From assembly GCF_009914755.1 (NCBI RefSeq), contig NC_060927.1: DNA of 64,000 bases. One strand, 5' to 3'. The DNA is from the human T2T-CHM13v2.0 reference genome, Homo sapiens. The notes under the pieces were generated by a model. That model worked only from the letters and a program-made list of their open reading frames with translations. It was not told where the DNA came from and made no database searches. This document shows, piece after piece, positions 29,906 through 45,986 of the stretch. Numbering within the stretch: position 1 is the first letter of the stretch; every line of letters starts with the position of its first letter. The position numbers and the translations under genes are program-made.

Positions 29906-30917
29906 AGGGAAGAACTGAAAGTGAATTCAAGGTTGGCCCAGAAATTTGAAATGAATTTGAGAATATAAAGAGGAGCAAATATACAGATAATAGCATACAA
30001 ACTGAGTTTTTAGAGAATAATGGATAGATCAGTTTGCTTGGAATGTGGAGGAATAAAAGTTAAAAATGTTAATTGAGGCCTAATATTAGGTCACTTTCAA
30101 ATAAGACTGTAATATCTGAACTGTATATTGTCATCAACAAGGAATTTTAGAAACTCCTTGAGCAGCAGAGAAATTGATTGAATAGATAATTCATAGAGAG
30201 TTGTTCTGAAGAATGATTAGAAGGAAGGCAGTTTGGAGACAGTCAGACCATGATGTAATCTATTACAATCGCTTCGGCCATGAAATAATAAGGTGCTGAA
30301 CCAGAGTATGTGGTGGTTGGAAAGAAAAGTAAGAAGCACTGGAGAAATATTGGTAGAATAAAGCAATAGGGAGGAAATAAAAAGAGATGAAGGCAAATTA
30401 CTAATTTAAATGAAAGAAATGTTGCCTTGGCATGGATAGGAAATTTATATTTTGGAGGGAGGTAGTGAAGTTTTAGAGAAATCCAAGTTACATTAAGGCA
30501 GAACTATCCAGTAAGCATTTGGAAAAGTTGAACCAGCTTGAGAGGGAGATCATGATTAGATCTGAGAATGTACTAGTTTTATAATCATAATGGACAATAG
30601 CATGGGATGGTAAGAGGAGAACATAAAGGACTGAAACTTGAATATGCATTTTAGGAGACGAGAACAAAATGAACCACCGAAGTAAACAGATGTGACAACT
30701 ATACTGATATTTTAGGTGCTCTGTAAAATAGATTCCCCAGTTTGTAGGTCATTGTCTAGACACAGAATAATTAAATTAGATCAGTGCATCTCAATTTTTT
30801 CCCACTGAAGTATATTCTGTAATGGCAGAGGCTTCTGGGTCTGGTGAGTGTAGCCTAAAATAATGTTTGACAAGTGGGAAATTTTTTGAGATTCTGTTTT
30901 TTTTAAAAACCACTCAG

Positions 30918-31299
<382 letters not shown>

Positions 31300-31447
31300 T
31301 TATGGTTCTTTGTCACCTATTTCTATTTTATGTCATACATTCCTTTTCCTGTTGAAAAACTTGCTATTAGGTGCTTCTATATATAATGTTAAAGTATTCT
31401 AACCATATTAACAGTAAGAAAACAGATTTTAAGCTTTTATACATTAA

Positions 31448-31789
<342 letters not shown>

Positions 31790-32764
31790 GCAAATTTTTT
31801 TCTTTCATGAAATGTATATGAAATACACTGTTGCATCCTCCTTCCACTCTGTACTGGTTGTTTTATATTACGTTAAGACAGTTTGAACTACCAAAGAATT
31901 TTCAGTTAATATTGGGTTTTTTGTGGGGGGGCTTCTTTTTGACATAAGTATATGACAAGTTTTCGTTATTGTAATTGTGTAATCACAACAACCTTTTCCT
32001 CTTTACATGTAAGTATTTTTACATCTCCCTTTCTGTTTTTTTATTTTAGCTGTACAAAGATTCCTATACCTTTTACCCAGATTTCCCAAAGGGACATATT
32101 CTGCCATGTTTGCTTTAGCATTCATTCAGTCAAAATCTCTCTTTTTCTAAACACAGATATAATACACACGTGCACATGTATTTTTAATATCTATACTGTT
32201 TGAGAGTAAGCTGCAGACATGATGTGCCTTTAGCTTTAAGTACTTAAATGTCTATTTCCTATGATAGAGACATATTTCTTAAATAACTACATTACTTACT
32301 ACATTATTATAGTAAGGAAATTAACATTAATACTGTGAACTGTTTTGTAGACTTCAGATTTCATCAGTTATCCTAAAAAGTCTTAATGTCCTTTTTAGCA
32401 AAAGGAAAAAGTGTTTTTCTTTTTGATCTATGATCCAATCCAGGATACACATTTGTTAGGTTGTCTCTCTCTAGTCTTCTCTAACCTGGAACAGTTCCTT
32501 AGTCTTTCTTTGTTTTTAATAACCTTGACGTTTTTGAAGAGTACAGGCTGTTTAGTGGAATGCCTACCAACTGGAGTCAGTGATATTTTTGACCGTTATT
32601 TTTTTCTGGCCTTAGCCTATGAGAAAAAAATTTTTTATTGGAAATCTGTATGGTGGTACATTTATAAGAGTAGGTTTTCTCTCCTTTTTATCTTGTTAAG
32701 TCTACATAATGTTTGGTATTTATATTTGGCTTCCATTAAATCTTTCCACCTTTTAACGTTTCAG

Positions 32765-32901
32765 ACACCCCAAAGTCTTGTACTAAGTCTTCTAAAAGCT
32801 CCACTCCAGTTCCTTCAAAGCAGTCAGCAAGGTGGCAAGTTGCAAAAGAGCTTTATCAAACTGAAAGTAATTATGTTAATATATTGGCAACAATTATTCA
32901 G
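32765..32901 (+). CDS. ECT2: ECT2 coding exon 12 (aa 431-476, start of DH domain)
   Basis: TTTCAG|ACA; TPKSCTKSSKSSTPVPSKQSARWQVAKELYQTESNYVNILATIIQ (DH CR1 ELxxTExxYV); CAG|GTAAGT. Confidence 0.96.
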
Positions 32902-34247
32902 GTAAGTATGAGTTTGATTGAAAAATGATTTCTGTTCCAGTGTTCCTAAGTAAAAAAATCTAGGTGATATTGTTTCTTACGAGAAAATTATATAAACATA
33001 GTATTTGAACATGGATGTTAAAAATGGAATTGTGTGACAAAAACTGCTGTTAGGGAAATGTCATAACTGTAGTATTACCTTTTATTTATCCAGAAATAGG
33101 ACCATTTTTAATAATTACTTTAAAGAGAACAGAACTCAGTAGATGATCTCAGGAGTATCAAGTTTAATTCAGAATTTTGCAGGTTCCTTGTCAAGATACT
33201 GCATTTATATTTGGAAGTGATAGATAACTTTTTCTGAAAGTATGGGTTCTGAGAGTCATTGCTTTGTTTTTAGTACTGTATATATGTGAAAAACATCGCC
33301 TATACAATAGCAATGAAGCATAACAGTGTTGATATAAGTAATTTTTTTCAGTAATCATTTCATGTGACACATGAAATATGCAGTGGTTAGTCATAAATAG
33401 ATGTTAACTCATTGCTTACCAATATTAAAATGTACTATAAAGTTATTTCTGAAGAAAACAGCTCTAATGAATCCTTGTAGGATGAGATTATAGAAGATAT
33501 TAAGGAATAAACTGAAATTTAAGATTCCAAAAGACAATAATAGGCCATTATGTTGGTATCTGTAGAAAGAAGGAAGAAATCTGTTTTAGGTAATAAAAGA
33601 GATAGGTTGACATACTGTTAAGAAAATGAAGTTGGTAACACCAAGCTTATCTTTCAATAGAAAACAATAGGGAGTTTCTGATTTGGGTTTAGTTTTTAAT
33701 TGACTTTTATTTGAATTCATAAAATAACTCATTAAGGGCCAATTTAATAGCCTTTAAGTTGCTTGTACCATTGATAAAATACATGGATAAGACATGGAAA
33801 GACTTCTTACTTGATGGTCATAGAGAAGTTATTTTTCATGGTTAATTATTTGTTTAGGAGCAGTCAGGGTTTTATGAGGTTCTTTGCTGTATTAGCTTTA
33901 TTTTAAGTCACCTTTGCTCTTCCTTCTCAAGGGAAATCACTCTAGATAGATGAGTTTCTTGTTGAAGTTTTTATAATGATTCAAAATGTGGTTGAGTAGC
34001 AAAAAATCCCTTTGGCATATACTATTCATGTACTTTAGTAGCATTTATTGCTTAGAAATGTAAATTCTTTCAAGCCATGGTAAAATGCATTGAAGTTTCA
34101 GAATTCTAATTTGCATATCAATTAAATTCACTAAAACTCCTTTTAAAAAATCTCACGAAATTATTAGACTGGAGAAAGTTTCATACCACTTTGCTTAGTA
34201 TAAACTCATCAAAGGTTTGTTTAAAAGATTGTGGCCTAAATTCATGA

Positions 34248-34397
34248 TAGTATTCTCTCCTTAAAAAAATTTTTTTTTATACAGATGGGGTCTTGCTATG
34301 TTGCCCAGGCTGGTCTCAAACTTCTGTGCTCAAGTGATTCTCCTGCCTCAGCCTCCCAAAGTGTTGTAATTACAGGCCTGAGCCACTGCACCCAGCC
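34248..34397 (-). mobile_element. FLAM monomer
   Basis: Single antisense arm; flanks CATGATAGTATTCTC/CATGATAATATTCTC. Confidence 0.85.
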
Positions 34398-35594
34398 CAT
34401 GATAATATTCTCATTAAAGAGCTTTGTTTTAGGACTGATATTTTCCTTTTTGGGGGGATAGGATTTGGAATAACTTAATTATAGCTTATCCTCAAAATTA
34501 AATGAATATCCAGAGGCTTCTTTATTCCACATACTACTTGGATGCCTAATTAATATAAAGTACTGTGCTAAGTGTTAAAGATTTTTTTTTTTAAAGAACT
34601 TTATACTAGAAGAGGAGATAAAACATACACAATTATAATTACCAAATGGAAGGTATCAGCATAATAAAGGAGTTAAGGTATTAGATTTGTAAAGTGAGAG
34701 TTTTACTACTCGTTTAGTTTAGGGAAGGTATTGGCCTGGAATTTTCTGTGTGTTGTGCATCAGAAAAAGCTTCATACAGAAGGTAATGATCGAAGTGAAC
34801 TTTTTTTTCTAGAAAAATACAGTAATTTCACAGTTTATTTAATAGCAGCTGGTACACATGAAATTTCCTTCCTTTGGTAATGCCTTTTTTTGACAGAAGT
34901 TTCCAAATTAGCACTGATTATTTGCAAAAGTTATTAGATTAGCTGTACTATCATTTTCCTTAAAGATGACTAAAGGTAACATAGAATCACAGCCCTTAGA
35001 TGGTCATACAAAATGATCATATAAGTCAGAGCTGGTTTATCACCAGCATTTATAAAAACAGACCTAGGGAAAGGTAAGTCTGAGACACACGCGTGGTCTT
35101 AATATAGTGAATGTTTAGCTTGTCGTTACTATTATAAAATCAAAACGGTGAGTATATTCATAATGAAGTGAATTTTAAAGTATGAATATGATTGGTACAA
35201 GTAGAGGATATAGATGAGAAGTGTCTTTGAGACCGAGTAAACAATACAAGTGATCATTCTGTATTATCAATAGCAAGGGTGTAGTAGGCATATGGATACA
35301 GTGACAGTTGAGATGAGATGGCCTATACCAATCTAGAGAAGGCCTTTGAGTGGTGTGCTATATTATCTAAGCTATAGAATAATTTTTTTATGAGACGAGA
35401 GATCAATAATATCTGACTTGCATTTCAGAAAGATAACTTGGTTCACTTTGAAGGAGGAATTCAAGAGGGGAAATTGGGGAATCAATGATAATTTAGAGGC
35501 TATTTCAGCAGTTGGGAGAGATTTTGAAGATCTGAACTTTTTAGGATAGTATCAGTGTTGATAAGAGGATAGATTTGAGAAATATTGGAAAAAT

Positions 35595-37160
35595 AGAATC
35601 TTTCATTGTGGTTTCAGTTTTCATTTTCGTAATGACTAATGATGTTGAACATATTGTCTTCATTTGACATCTGTATATCTTTTTTGTTGAAATAACTGTT
35701 CGTGTTTTTTGCCCACTTTTAAATTGGGTTGTTTCCTTCTGAGTTTTGAGAATTCTTTCTTTAAAATTTTTGAGATAGGGTCTCACTCTGTTGCCCAGGC
35801 TGGAGTGCAGTGGTGCAATCTTGATTTGGCTCACTGCAGCCTCTGCCTTCTGGGTTCAAGTGATTCTCCCACCTCAGCCTCCCGAGCACTTGGGACTACA
35901 GGCATGTGCCACCACACCCAGCTCATTTTTGTATCTTTTGGTAGAGATGGGGTTTCACCATGTTGGCCAGGCTGGGAGAATTATTATTTTTTTTGAGACT
36001 GAGTCTTGCTCTGTCGCCCAGGCTGGAGTGCAGAGCGCCTCCCAAGTTCACCCCATTCTCCCACCTCAGCCTCCCGAGTAGCTGGGACTACAGGCACCCG
36101 CCACCACGCCTGGCTAATTTTGTTTTTGTAATTTTAGTAGAGATGGGGTTTTACCATCTTAGGCAGAATGATCTTGATCTCCTGACCTCGCGATCCGCCC
36201 ACCTCGGCCTCTCACAGTGCTGGGATTACATGCATGAGCCACTGTGCCCGGCCGAGAATTCTTTATATATTGTGGATACTAGTCCTTTGTCAAACATGAC
36301 TTGCAAATGCTTTTTTGTCATTCATAGCGTATTTTTTAAATTCTCTCGTGTCTTTTGCTGAAGAAAAGTAAATTTTTATTCAAGTCTAATTTAACAGTTT
36401 TTTTCATTCATAGATTGTGATATCATATATGAGAACTCTTTACCTAAGTTTAAGTCATGAAGATTTTCTCTTCTGTTTTCTTCTAAAAGTTTTATAGTTT
36501 TAAGTTTTTTGTTTATGTCCGTGACCCATTTTGAGTTAATTTTTGTATAAAGTGTTATATTTAGGCTGTGATTCATTTTTTGCTTATGGCAGATGGTATT
36601 GTAATACCGTTTGTTGAAAGACTATCCTTCTGCATTGAATTGCTTTTGGACCTTTGCCTAAAATTACTTGACCATATTTGCATGAGTTTGTTTCTGAATT
36701 ATCTGTTTTATTGATCTATGTATGTTTCTCCCCTCATGAATACCCATACAGTCTAGAACACCACAGCTTTGTAGTAAGAAGCTTCTTTGCCTTTCCATAT
36801 AAATTTTTAGAATCAGGTTTTCTATATCTGCCAGAAGCCCTGGAACTTTGATTGGCACTAAATTTATAAATCAATTTGAGGGAGAATTGACATTCTTACT
36901 GTGTTGATTCTTTCAATCCATGACCATATGTCTACATTTATTTAGGTTGTCTTTGATTTCTTTCATCAGTATACTGTAGTTTTTAGCATCATGAACATAT
37001 ATTTATACTTAAGTATTTTATTTTTTTATTGTGATACTATTTACATTATATTTTCCATTTGTAAATTACTGGTATATAGAAGTAAAATTGACTTGTGTCT
37101 GTGCATGCATATGCATGCACTGACCTTGTGTCTTATGGCCTTGCCAAACTCATTGTTAGT
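35595..37160 (-). mobile_element. Old L1M ORF2 3' fragment, split by Alus
   Basis: Minus translation LYTKINSKWVTDINKKLKTIKLLEENRRENLHDLNLGKEF. Confidence 0.8.
35765..36253 (-). mobile_element. Two tandem antisense Alus (truncated older Alu plus AluY-like)
   Basis: Separated and flanked by GAGAATT copies. Confidence 0.85.
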
Positions 37161-37660
37161 TCTTAGTTTTTTTCTTTTACTTTTTAGATTGATACAAGCA
37201 GAAACATAGATACAAACAGATCTTCTAGCTTCAAATCCAGTCTTTCCCCCAAGCCAAGCTTCTACACTAACAATTTTAAAACATTTAGCACATATATTAG
37301 ATATGTCTGGAGGCAGCAGATTGCTTGTTGCTTTCATCCTTAGTAACTTGAATACAAAAGTAGAAATTACTCTTGTATCATACTAACAATTTTAATGATT
37401 GATTGCAGAACTGTGTGAAGTTTTATTTGCTTCTAATGACATTTCATGACGAGCATATGTATATACATATACACAGGTATATAAATGGAGTACATAAAAT
37501 AGAATAGAAAATATGGGGAAAATGTCTCAAATTTAGGGAGAGTATTTTTTATTATTACTTCCTTCTCTATTAATATCTTGTGTCTCCTTTATCACTGTCT
37601 ATCTTTTAGCTCTTTTCTTTTTCCCACAATCTACTTAAACTAGTCTTTTTTCTCATTTAG

Positions 37661-37780
37661 TTATTTCAAGTACCATTGGAAGAGGAAGGACAACGTGGTG
37701 GACCTATCCTTGCACCAGAGGAGATTAAGACTATTTTTGGTAGCATCCCAGATATCTTTGATGTACACACTAAGATAAAG
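37661..37780 (+). CDS. ECT2: ECT2 coding exon 13 (aa 477-516, DH)
   Basis: CATTTAG|TTA; LFQVPLEEEGQRGGPILAPEEIKTIFGSIPDIFDVHTKIK; AAG|GTAAAT. Confidence 0.96.
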
Positions 37781-37949
37781 GTAAATTTGTATATGTTAGA
37801 TTGGTAGTAATTTTTTTCAGATTGTACATATTTATTATGATCTTTGAGGTACTTCTGGTTAGCTAAATAAGTTTTGTACCTAAAACTTCTTATTCCCTTA
37901 TTAGTTCCTTTGAATCATTTGTCTCTTTGTTCCAGTGCCTCATAATGTT

Positions 37950-38560
37950 TGTTGTTTGCTTTTGTTTTGTTTTTTGAGACAGTCTCACTCTGTCACCCAG
38001 GTTTTAGTGCATTGATGTGATCTGGGCTCACAGTAACCTCTGCCACCTGGGCTCAAGCAATTCTCCCGCTGCCTAAGTCCTGAGTAGCTGGGACCCCAGG
38101 CATGTGCCACCATCCCAGCTAATTTTTGTATTTTTTTTGTAGAGATGGGTTTTGTCATGCTGCCCAGGCTGGTTTCGAACTCCTGACCTCAAGTGGTCCA
38201 CCCGTCTCGGCCTCCCAAAGTGTGGGGATCTTAGGTATGAGACACCATGCCCTGCCTTTTTTTTTCGAGATGGAGAATACTCTCTCACCCAGGCTAGCGT
38301 GCAGTGGCCTGATCATGACTTACTGCAACCTTGACCTCCTGGGCTCAAGTGATTCTCCCACCTCAGCCTCTCCCGAAGTAACTGGGATTACAGTTGCATG
38401 CAACCATGCCTGGCTAATTTTTTTAAAAAAGTTTTTTGTAGAGACAGGGCAGGGTCTTGCTGTGTTGCCCAGGCTGGTCTCAAACTCCTGGACTCAACTG
38501 ATCCTCCTGCCTTAGCCTCTCAAAGTGCTAGGATTACAGCCATGAGCCATTGCACCTAAC
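37950..38560 (-). mobile_element. Two tandem AluJ
   Basis: Two antisense dimers. Confidence 0.85.
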
Positions 38561-39299
38561 CTTTGTTTGCTGTTTTTTATTTTCAGTTAATCCTACAAAC
38601 AAGTAATTAAGGCTTTATGAAATCTATTCTGTAGAAACATGTGACTCCCAGTACTATTTTTCTTATGTTCCTATTGTTTTTGCTCTTGGGGTGTATATTT
38701 TTGTTTTGCTTTGGCTTGTTTTGAAAACTCTAAACCTCTAATGGACTTAGAGTTCATTTAAGTCCCTTCTCCATTTATAGGTAGGTAAATGCCAAAAGTA
38801 TGTGAGACAATGCTGTCCTCTTTGGTGAAGGGCCTGTGAATTCCAGGTGTCAATCTCTTACACTAAAATAATTCCTGAACAGATTTAGCTGAACTCTTAA
38901 ACTACTTTTTAAGTAAGTAGTTTAGTTTTATTTCCTCTTATTTTACCTATGTAGTACTTGAGCAAAGTTGATCAGTTTTCTTTTCAAAATAACTCACATT
39001 AATATTTATGTCACATTCCAGTAAAAGAACCAATCGGAATTACAGGATGTTTTCAAATATATAAGATTGTTTTTTATTTTAGTATACATTATAAACAAAA
39101 AATAGAAGATCTATAAATTATTTAAAATGATATTTACCAATTGCTTGTATTTTGTGTTTTATCAGTATTGCTGATCATATTTCAGTTAATTTCTAGATCT
39201 AAAGAGAACTCTGAAGGAATCTATTTGTTTAAAAAGCTTAGAAAGCTAGAGAGTTTCAGGCTAGTTAATCCTATTCCAATTAGGATTCTGAATTTTTGA

Positions 39300-39690
<391 letters not shown>

Positions 39691-40596
39691 AGTAGGTTTT
39701 TATCTTGGTGTTTTGCCGCTAACTTTGTGGATCAATTTGAATTTGTGTCAGTTATTTAGCTAGTCTGGACACCCTTCTTTGACAAAATGTGTTATTTTAT
39801 GTTTGCAGAGTCATAATCTTAATTTAGAAAATCATATTCTTTGATTCAGTGAAGCTTTGAAAATTTGTCACCCTTTAGTTTTCTCAAGTGTAACTTAATT
39901 CTTTAAGCTTCTTTTTTGTAAAATGGTACTTCAACTATTAGTTTTTCAGTTTTTTCTTTTTTTTTTTTTTTTTTTTTTGTCATCTAGGCTGGAGTGCAGT
40001 GGCCTGATCTGAGCTCACTGCAACTATTTGTTTTTTTTAGCTGATTGCAGGTTTGTCAAATATTTAAAAATTTTAAAGCTTATGTTCTTTTCTACCGTGA
40101 AACCAGTACGTGCCGTGAAACATTTGTAAAACTCAAGAGAAAAGGAAAAAGGGAGAGAAATACCCATAATTCCATTATCCAAAAATGTCTAAAATTTTGG
40201 GTTTTTTTCTTTATCCTCGTAACACATAGCAGTTTTTTTTCCTGTTTTAAATGAAGCCAACCATCTATTGAGCATTACCACATCTATTGAGCAAGAAGTT
40301 GGTATTGTACACATTTTAGAAATGTGAAACCGGTACACACAGAGAATAACTTTACAGAGGCAGTCATCTAATAAATGCTGGATCCAAGACTTGAACCTTT
40401 ATTTGTATAACTTCAAAGTCTGTTCTCCTAACTATTAATGCTATTTTGCTTCTTTAAAATCATGCTGAGATACATTCTTTTGGTATGTAGATGAATACAC
40501 CATGTAAATGTGTCTTAAATTTGTACAGTTTTTCGTATCATCTCAATAACAGCATTCCTGAAAACATTGGTGTCTGTATTTTATAATATCACATAG

Positions 40597-40921
<325 letters not shown>

Positions 40922-41372
40922 GAACAAAGCAGATTTGATTGAGTTTGAAGTCAGGTGACTTTAAGTGCTTCAGTTTTCCTGTTTATAAAATGGGGATAAT
41001 AATAACTGACTCATGAAGTTGGGCAAACTAATCTTAAGTTTTTTGTAGTGTTAAAACTTTTTTTTACCCATTGTGTTTACACCCACTGTCTAGCATTTAG
41101 ATTACTTTCGGTAAATGTTTACTAAATGATGGTTGTGTTACCTTTAACTTTCAAAATTAAGACTAGCACTCACTGTATTTTCTTATCTAGGTATTATGTA
41201 TACAACTTTAGAAGCCTCATCCTTACTTTGCTTCCAAGGTCTAGTGAGCTGATGTTTTGAGTAAGATGAAAATTTTTGAGGTTGTTATATACATCTCTCT
41301 CTTTTCCTCAGTATGAATTTTTCTTTTTCAAGATTAAACATCATTAATCCTTGATGTACAATTTTCTGCTCT

Positions 41373-41660
41373 TAGCTTGGCACAGTGGCTGATGTCTGTA
41401 ATTTCTGCACTTTGGGAGGCCGAGGCAAGTGGATTGCCTGAGCCCAGGAGTTTGAGACCAGCCTGGGCAACAAGGCAAAACCCCATCGCTACAAAAAATG
41501 CAAAAATTAGCTGGGTGTGGTGGCGCATGCCTGTAGTTCCAACTCTTCGGGAGGCTGAGGTGTTAGGATCGCTTGAACCCAGGAGGCAGAGGTTGCAGTG
41601 AGTCAAGATCATGCCACTACACTCCAGCCTGAGCAACAGAGTGAGACCCTGTCTCAAAAC
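41373..41660 (+). mobile_element. AluJ
   Basis: Sense dimer. Confidence 0.88.
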
Positions 41661-42309
41661 TATGCAACTATGATGAAACAAGAGACAGGGATTGATAGGA
41701 GTTCTTTTTCTTTTTATATATATCTGTTGTTATTTTAGCGTAAGCCTCAAAAGAATTGTGTACTTGTTTCAGGAACCCATGTATGTTGGCTTACTGTGCA
41801 ATGAGCTCAGCAAAAGAGAAACCCTGGTTAAGATTAATTCTGCGCTGTTTCTACCTACTTAACAGTGCAGAATAAATCTTAACAAGGAAGAAAAGAAGTA
41901 AGTAGCTTAGCTTTCTTAAGCCCCATCTGTTTATGACTTCCCCACTTATCTAATATTCTTGCCCAGGCTTTGGAATCTGCTCTGTCTCAGAACTGTAGAA
42001 TTGTCCGTTCTTTTAGAGGAAAAGTTAAGAGAATCCTATGAGAATTTCTGATGTATTATAGACAAGGAGGAGGAAATACATCTCAGTCTCTGTCCTAAAT
42101 TGTATCGGGCATTTTCCCTCAGAAATGTTGTAAGAAGTAGTGGTATTATGAATAAAGCTACTGGGGACTCGCCTGCCAAACTGAGTCCCCCTTTCTAATG
42201 GGGAGGAACTGTGGAATAACATGGAATCTGAGTCAGACAATACTGAGTTTCAATACTGGTTCACAGCTGTGTGATTTGAGGAAAGTTACTTAATCTCTCT
42301 AAGCCTTAG

Positions 42310-42677
<368 letters not shown>

Positions 42678-43309
42678 TTAGGAATTAAAAGTTAACCAGA
42701 AACAGAGCAGACTATATTTCAGAGTGCCTAAAGATGATTTTGCTTTCTTAGAGCAATGTTCTTATGTAAGTATTTATTTTACAGGTTTATGAATTAATAC
42801 TTGTAAAGCATTTAGAGGAATCCCTAACAGATAGTTATGCTCATAAAATCCTCTATGATGTAGGAATAATTACATTCCTTATTTTTCAGAATAGGAAATT
42901 GAGGAACATATAGCTTAAATAACTTGTCCAAGGGCACAGAAGTAACAAGCCCAAGAGCCAGTATTTAAACCTCAGTAGTCAGTGCCAGAATTCACTGCAT
43001 TATATTGCCCCAAGATTAGACTTATTTATAATATTTTTCTTTCTTTTTTTTCTTTCAAGTGCATTTCTGAACAGTTCAATCTTCCCAGTTCTTGATGTGT
43101 GTGGGCTGTTAAAATATTCTTGCTTTGAGTTTACTTTTATGCTATTGAAAGTAGTTTTTCTCGCTTTTGAACTTTACTGTAATTCTTAAATTTTTTGTCT
43201 TCAGGATCCCTTTTCATTCTTAAAGATTGAAGAAGTTTTACCTATGTGGATTTTATATATTGGTAGTTGCTGTATTCAAAATTTTAAAATATTATTTAAC
43301 ATGTATTAT

Positions 43310-44880
43310 TTTTTAACAGCTTTACTGAGGTACATCTTACGTGTTTTTAAATTCACCTATTTAAAATAACACAATTCAGGCCAGGCCTGGTGGCTCCTGC
43401 CTGTAATCCCAGCACTTTGGAAGGCTGAGGCAGGAATATCGCTTGAATCTAGGAGTTTGAGACCAGCCTGGTCAACATAGTGAGAACCCATTTTTGCAAA
43501 AAATAAAACAGCTGGCTGTGGTGGCACATGCCAGTAGTCCCAGCTACTTGGGAAGCTTAGGTGGGAGGATTGCTTGAGCTTGGGTGGTTGAGGCTACAGT
43601 GAGTTGTGCCACTGCACTCCAGCCTGAGCAAAAGAGTGAGACCCTGTCTCAAAAAAAAAAAAAAGAAAGAAAATATGATACAATTCAGTTATTTTAATAA
43701 CTTAACCAAGTGGTACAACCATCACTATAAATCCACTCTAGGAGATTTTCACTACCCACCCCAAATAAGATGTCTACTTAAAATTAATCTTTATTTCTAC
43801 ACCCAGCCATAGGCAACCACTAATGTACTTTCTGTATCTATGATTTTGCCTTTTCTGGACATTTTATATATTTAATATGTTATACATTGATACTGTGTAT
43901 ATATACATAGCATATAGATATACTATTTGATACACTATATAGTATTGTAAATATGTTTATATAGTATGTGGTCTTTTATATATGGTTTCCTCTTAGCATG
44001 TGATTTTTAGTTCATCTAAATGTAGCGTGTTAGAAGTTCTTTTTTTCTGGTCAAATAATATTCCATTATATGGCTATACTAACTTTAAATTGTCTGTTCA
44101 CCAGTTGATAGACATTTAGATTGTTTCCATTTTTGGCTATTATGAATAATGCTGCTGTGAGAGTGTGGTGTGCAGATCCATGTGGACATGTTTTCATTTC
44201 TCTTGAGTAGATACCTAGGAGTAGCATTGATGAGCTATATGGTAGTTTTGTATTTAAAAATTTTAAGAAAATGCCAGGGTTTTCCCATTATTTTAAAGTT
44301 AATTAGTTAATTTATTTAGAGATGTGGTCATGCCAGATTACCCAGGCCGGCCTCAAACTCTGGTCTCAAGTGGTCCTCCCACGTCAGCCTCCTGAGAAGC
44401 TCAGACCCATCAGTTGTTATTTTCACCAGTAATGAATGAGAGTTCCAATTTCTCCACATTCTTTAAAAACACTTATCTTTTTTTTTCTTAAATTATAACC
44501 ATCCTAGTGGGTGAGGAGACATCTCTTGTGGCTTTAATTGTATTTCCCTGATGATTAATGATAAGTGTCTTTTCACATGGTTATTGGCCATTTGTATATT
44601 ATTTTTGGTGAAATGGCTACTGTCTGTTGCCTGTTTTTTGATTGGATTGTCTTCTTGAGTTGTAAGGGTTCTCTGTAAATTCTAGATACAAGTTTTCTTG
44701 AAATACAAAAGTTTTAAATTTTGATGAAGTTCAATGTATTCATTTTTTCTGTGATTTCAGTTCATATCTAAAAATTTTTTTTCTAACTCAAGATTTTGAA
44801 GATTGTTTTCTATGTTTTCTTCAAAAATTGTTTTGCTTGTGGTGAGGGTTTAAGTTCATCTTTTTGCATGTGGGATATCT
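43310..44880 (-). mobile_element. L1MB-like 3' end
   Basis: Typical antisense L1M 3' motifs GGCAACCACTAAT, TTGCCTTTTCTGGACATTT, GCTATTATGAATAATGCTGCT. Confidence 0.75.
43379..43673 (+). mobile_element. AluJ
   Basis: Sense dimer inside L1MB. Confidence 0.88.
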
Positions 44881-44894
44881 AATTTTATATTAAT

Positions 44895-45225
44895 TCACTT
44901 AAAATAATAGCTCATTACATGGTAACACAAGTAACATTCTTTAAGAAAAATAATTTCCCAAACAAAAATAATTAGTAAGGGGAGTGGTAGTATTGTAGTT
45001 TTTTTACTGTCTGGCTTAATAGAAGACTGATTATCATATCTGCTTCTGCATTCAGTCTGTTGCATATCACATATCATGTAGCTTCCAGAAAACAACTGTA
45101 TACTTGTGAGAGAATGAGTGAAAAAGTCAAATAATGCTTTAGCAGTATTACAAAAATAATTTTAATCTCAGGGATCCCACTGAAAGGGTGTCCCAGCAGT
45201 CTTTGTTGAAACTTTAGAGAGTCTT
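44895..45225. mobile_element. Charlie1-like hAT transposon fragment
   Basis: GTCTGGCTTAATAGAAGAC...CATATCTGCTTCTGCATTCAGTCTGTTGC recalled as Charlie1. Confidence 0.6.
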
Positions 45226-45399
45226 TAGTATAAGAGCTTGTTGATTGATGTCTACTTTAAAATCACTTAGAATTTCAATTAGGGCCTGTCATTTCTTGGC
45301 ATCTCATTTTATCATCTGATTTGTTTGTTTATTATAAAGCTTTTAAATGTTCTTCTAAGTTTTTACAAAGAAGTAATATTTTAGAATGACCATGAAGAA

Positions 45400-45516
45400 T
45401 TAACAAACTATGGTTCATGGGCCAAATCCAGCCCATTGCGTGTTTCGGTTAAAAGAAGTTTTATTGGAACACAGCCACACTCATTTATTCACACTTTTAA
45501 ATTTACTGACCCCCTG
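45400..45516. mobile_element. MER58-like hAT MITE fragment
   Basis: CAAACTATGG...GGGCCAAATCCAGCCC...AAGTTTTATTGGAACACAGCCAC. Confidence 0.65.
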
Positions 45517-45564
45517 TTAGAGATTACAGTTTTTAATGACTGATGTTAAATAAATTAAAAAAAC

Positions 45565-45594
45565 CTCATTTTTAGAGTTTCTTAGATTTCAGCA
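45565..45594 (+). repeat. 30-bp perfect direct repeat, copy 1
   Basis: CTCATTTTTAGAGTTTCTTAGATTTCAGCA, identical to 48634-48663. Confidence 0.9.
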
Positions 45595-45917
45595 GCAGGA
45601 TTGAAAGTAGTTTTCTATAATTAATAACACCAATCAGCTTTATAGTTAATAAAAAATATTGAGTTATCACATCATATTGGAAAGTTAGGCTTATCGACTT
45701 TACATTTTATATTTTAAAAATGTTTTTCAAAGGATGTTTTCTTTGTAGTAAAAGTTAATTCCTTGTTGAAGAGAAAGAATGGGATGTTCATTATTTTACA
45801 CATCAAATTAAGACACTTTGTAAAGTGCTTCTTTCCAATGAGTATCTCAGAAATAATAAAAGTTGTATAAGGAGCTGTCAGGTTTAATTTTAAATATTTC
45901 AATTCGTGCTATTTCAG

Positions 45918-45986
45918 GATGATCTTGAAGACCTTATAGTTAATTGGGATGAGAGCAAAAGCATTGGTGACATTTTTCTGAAATAT
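45918..45986 (+). CDS. ECT2: ECT2 coding exon 14 (aa 517-539, DH)
   Basis: TTTCAG|GAT; DDLEDLIVNWDESKSIGDIFLKY; TAT|GTAAGT. Confidence 0.96.

Noticed and set aside
32411-32905. 164-aa hydrophobic ORF overlapping coding exon 12
   Set aside because: Non-ATG start, T-rich intronic composition, and a different frame from the true exon.
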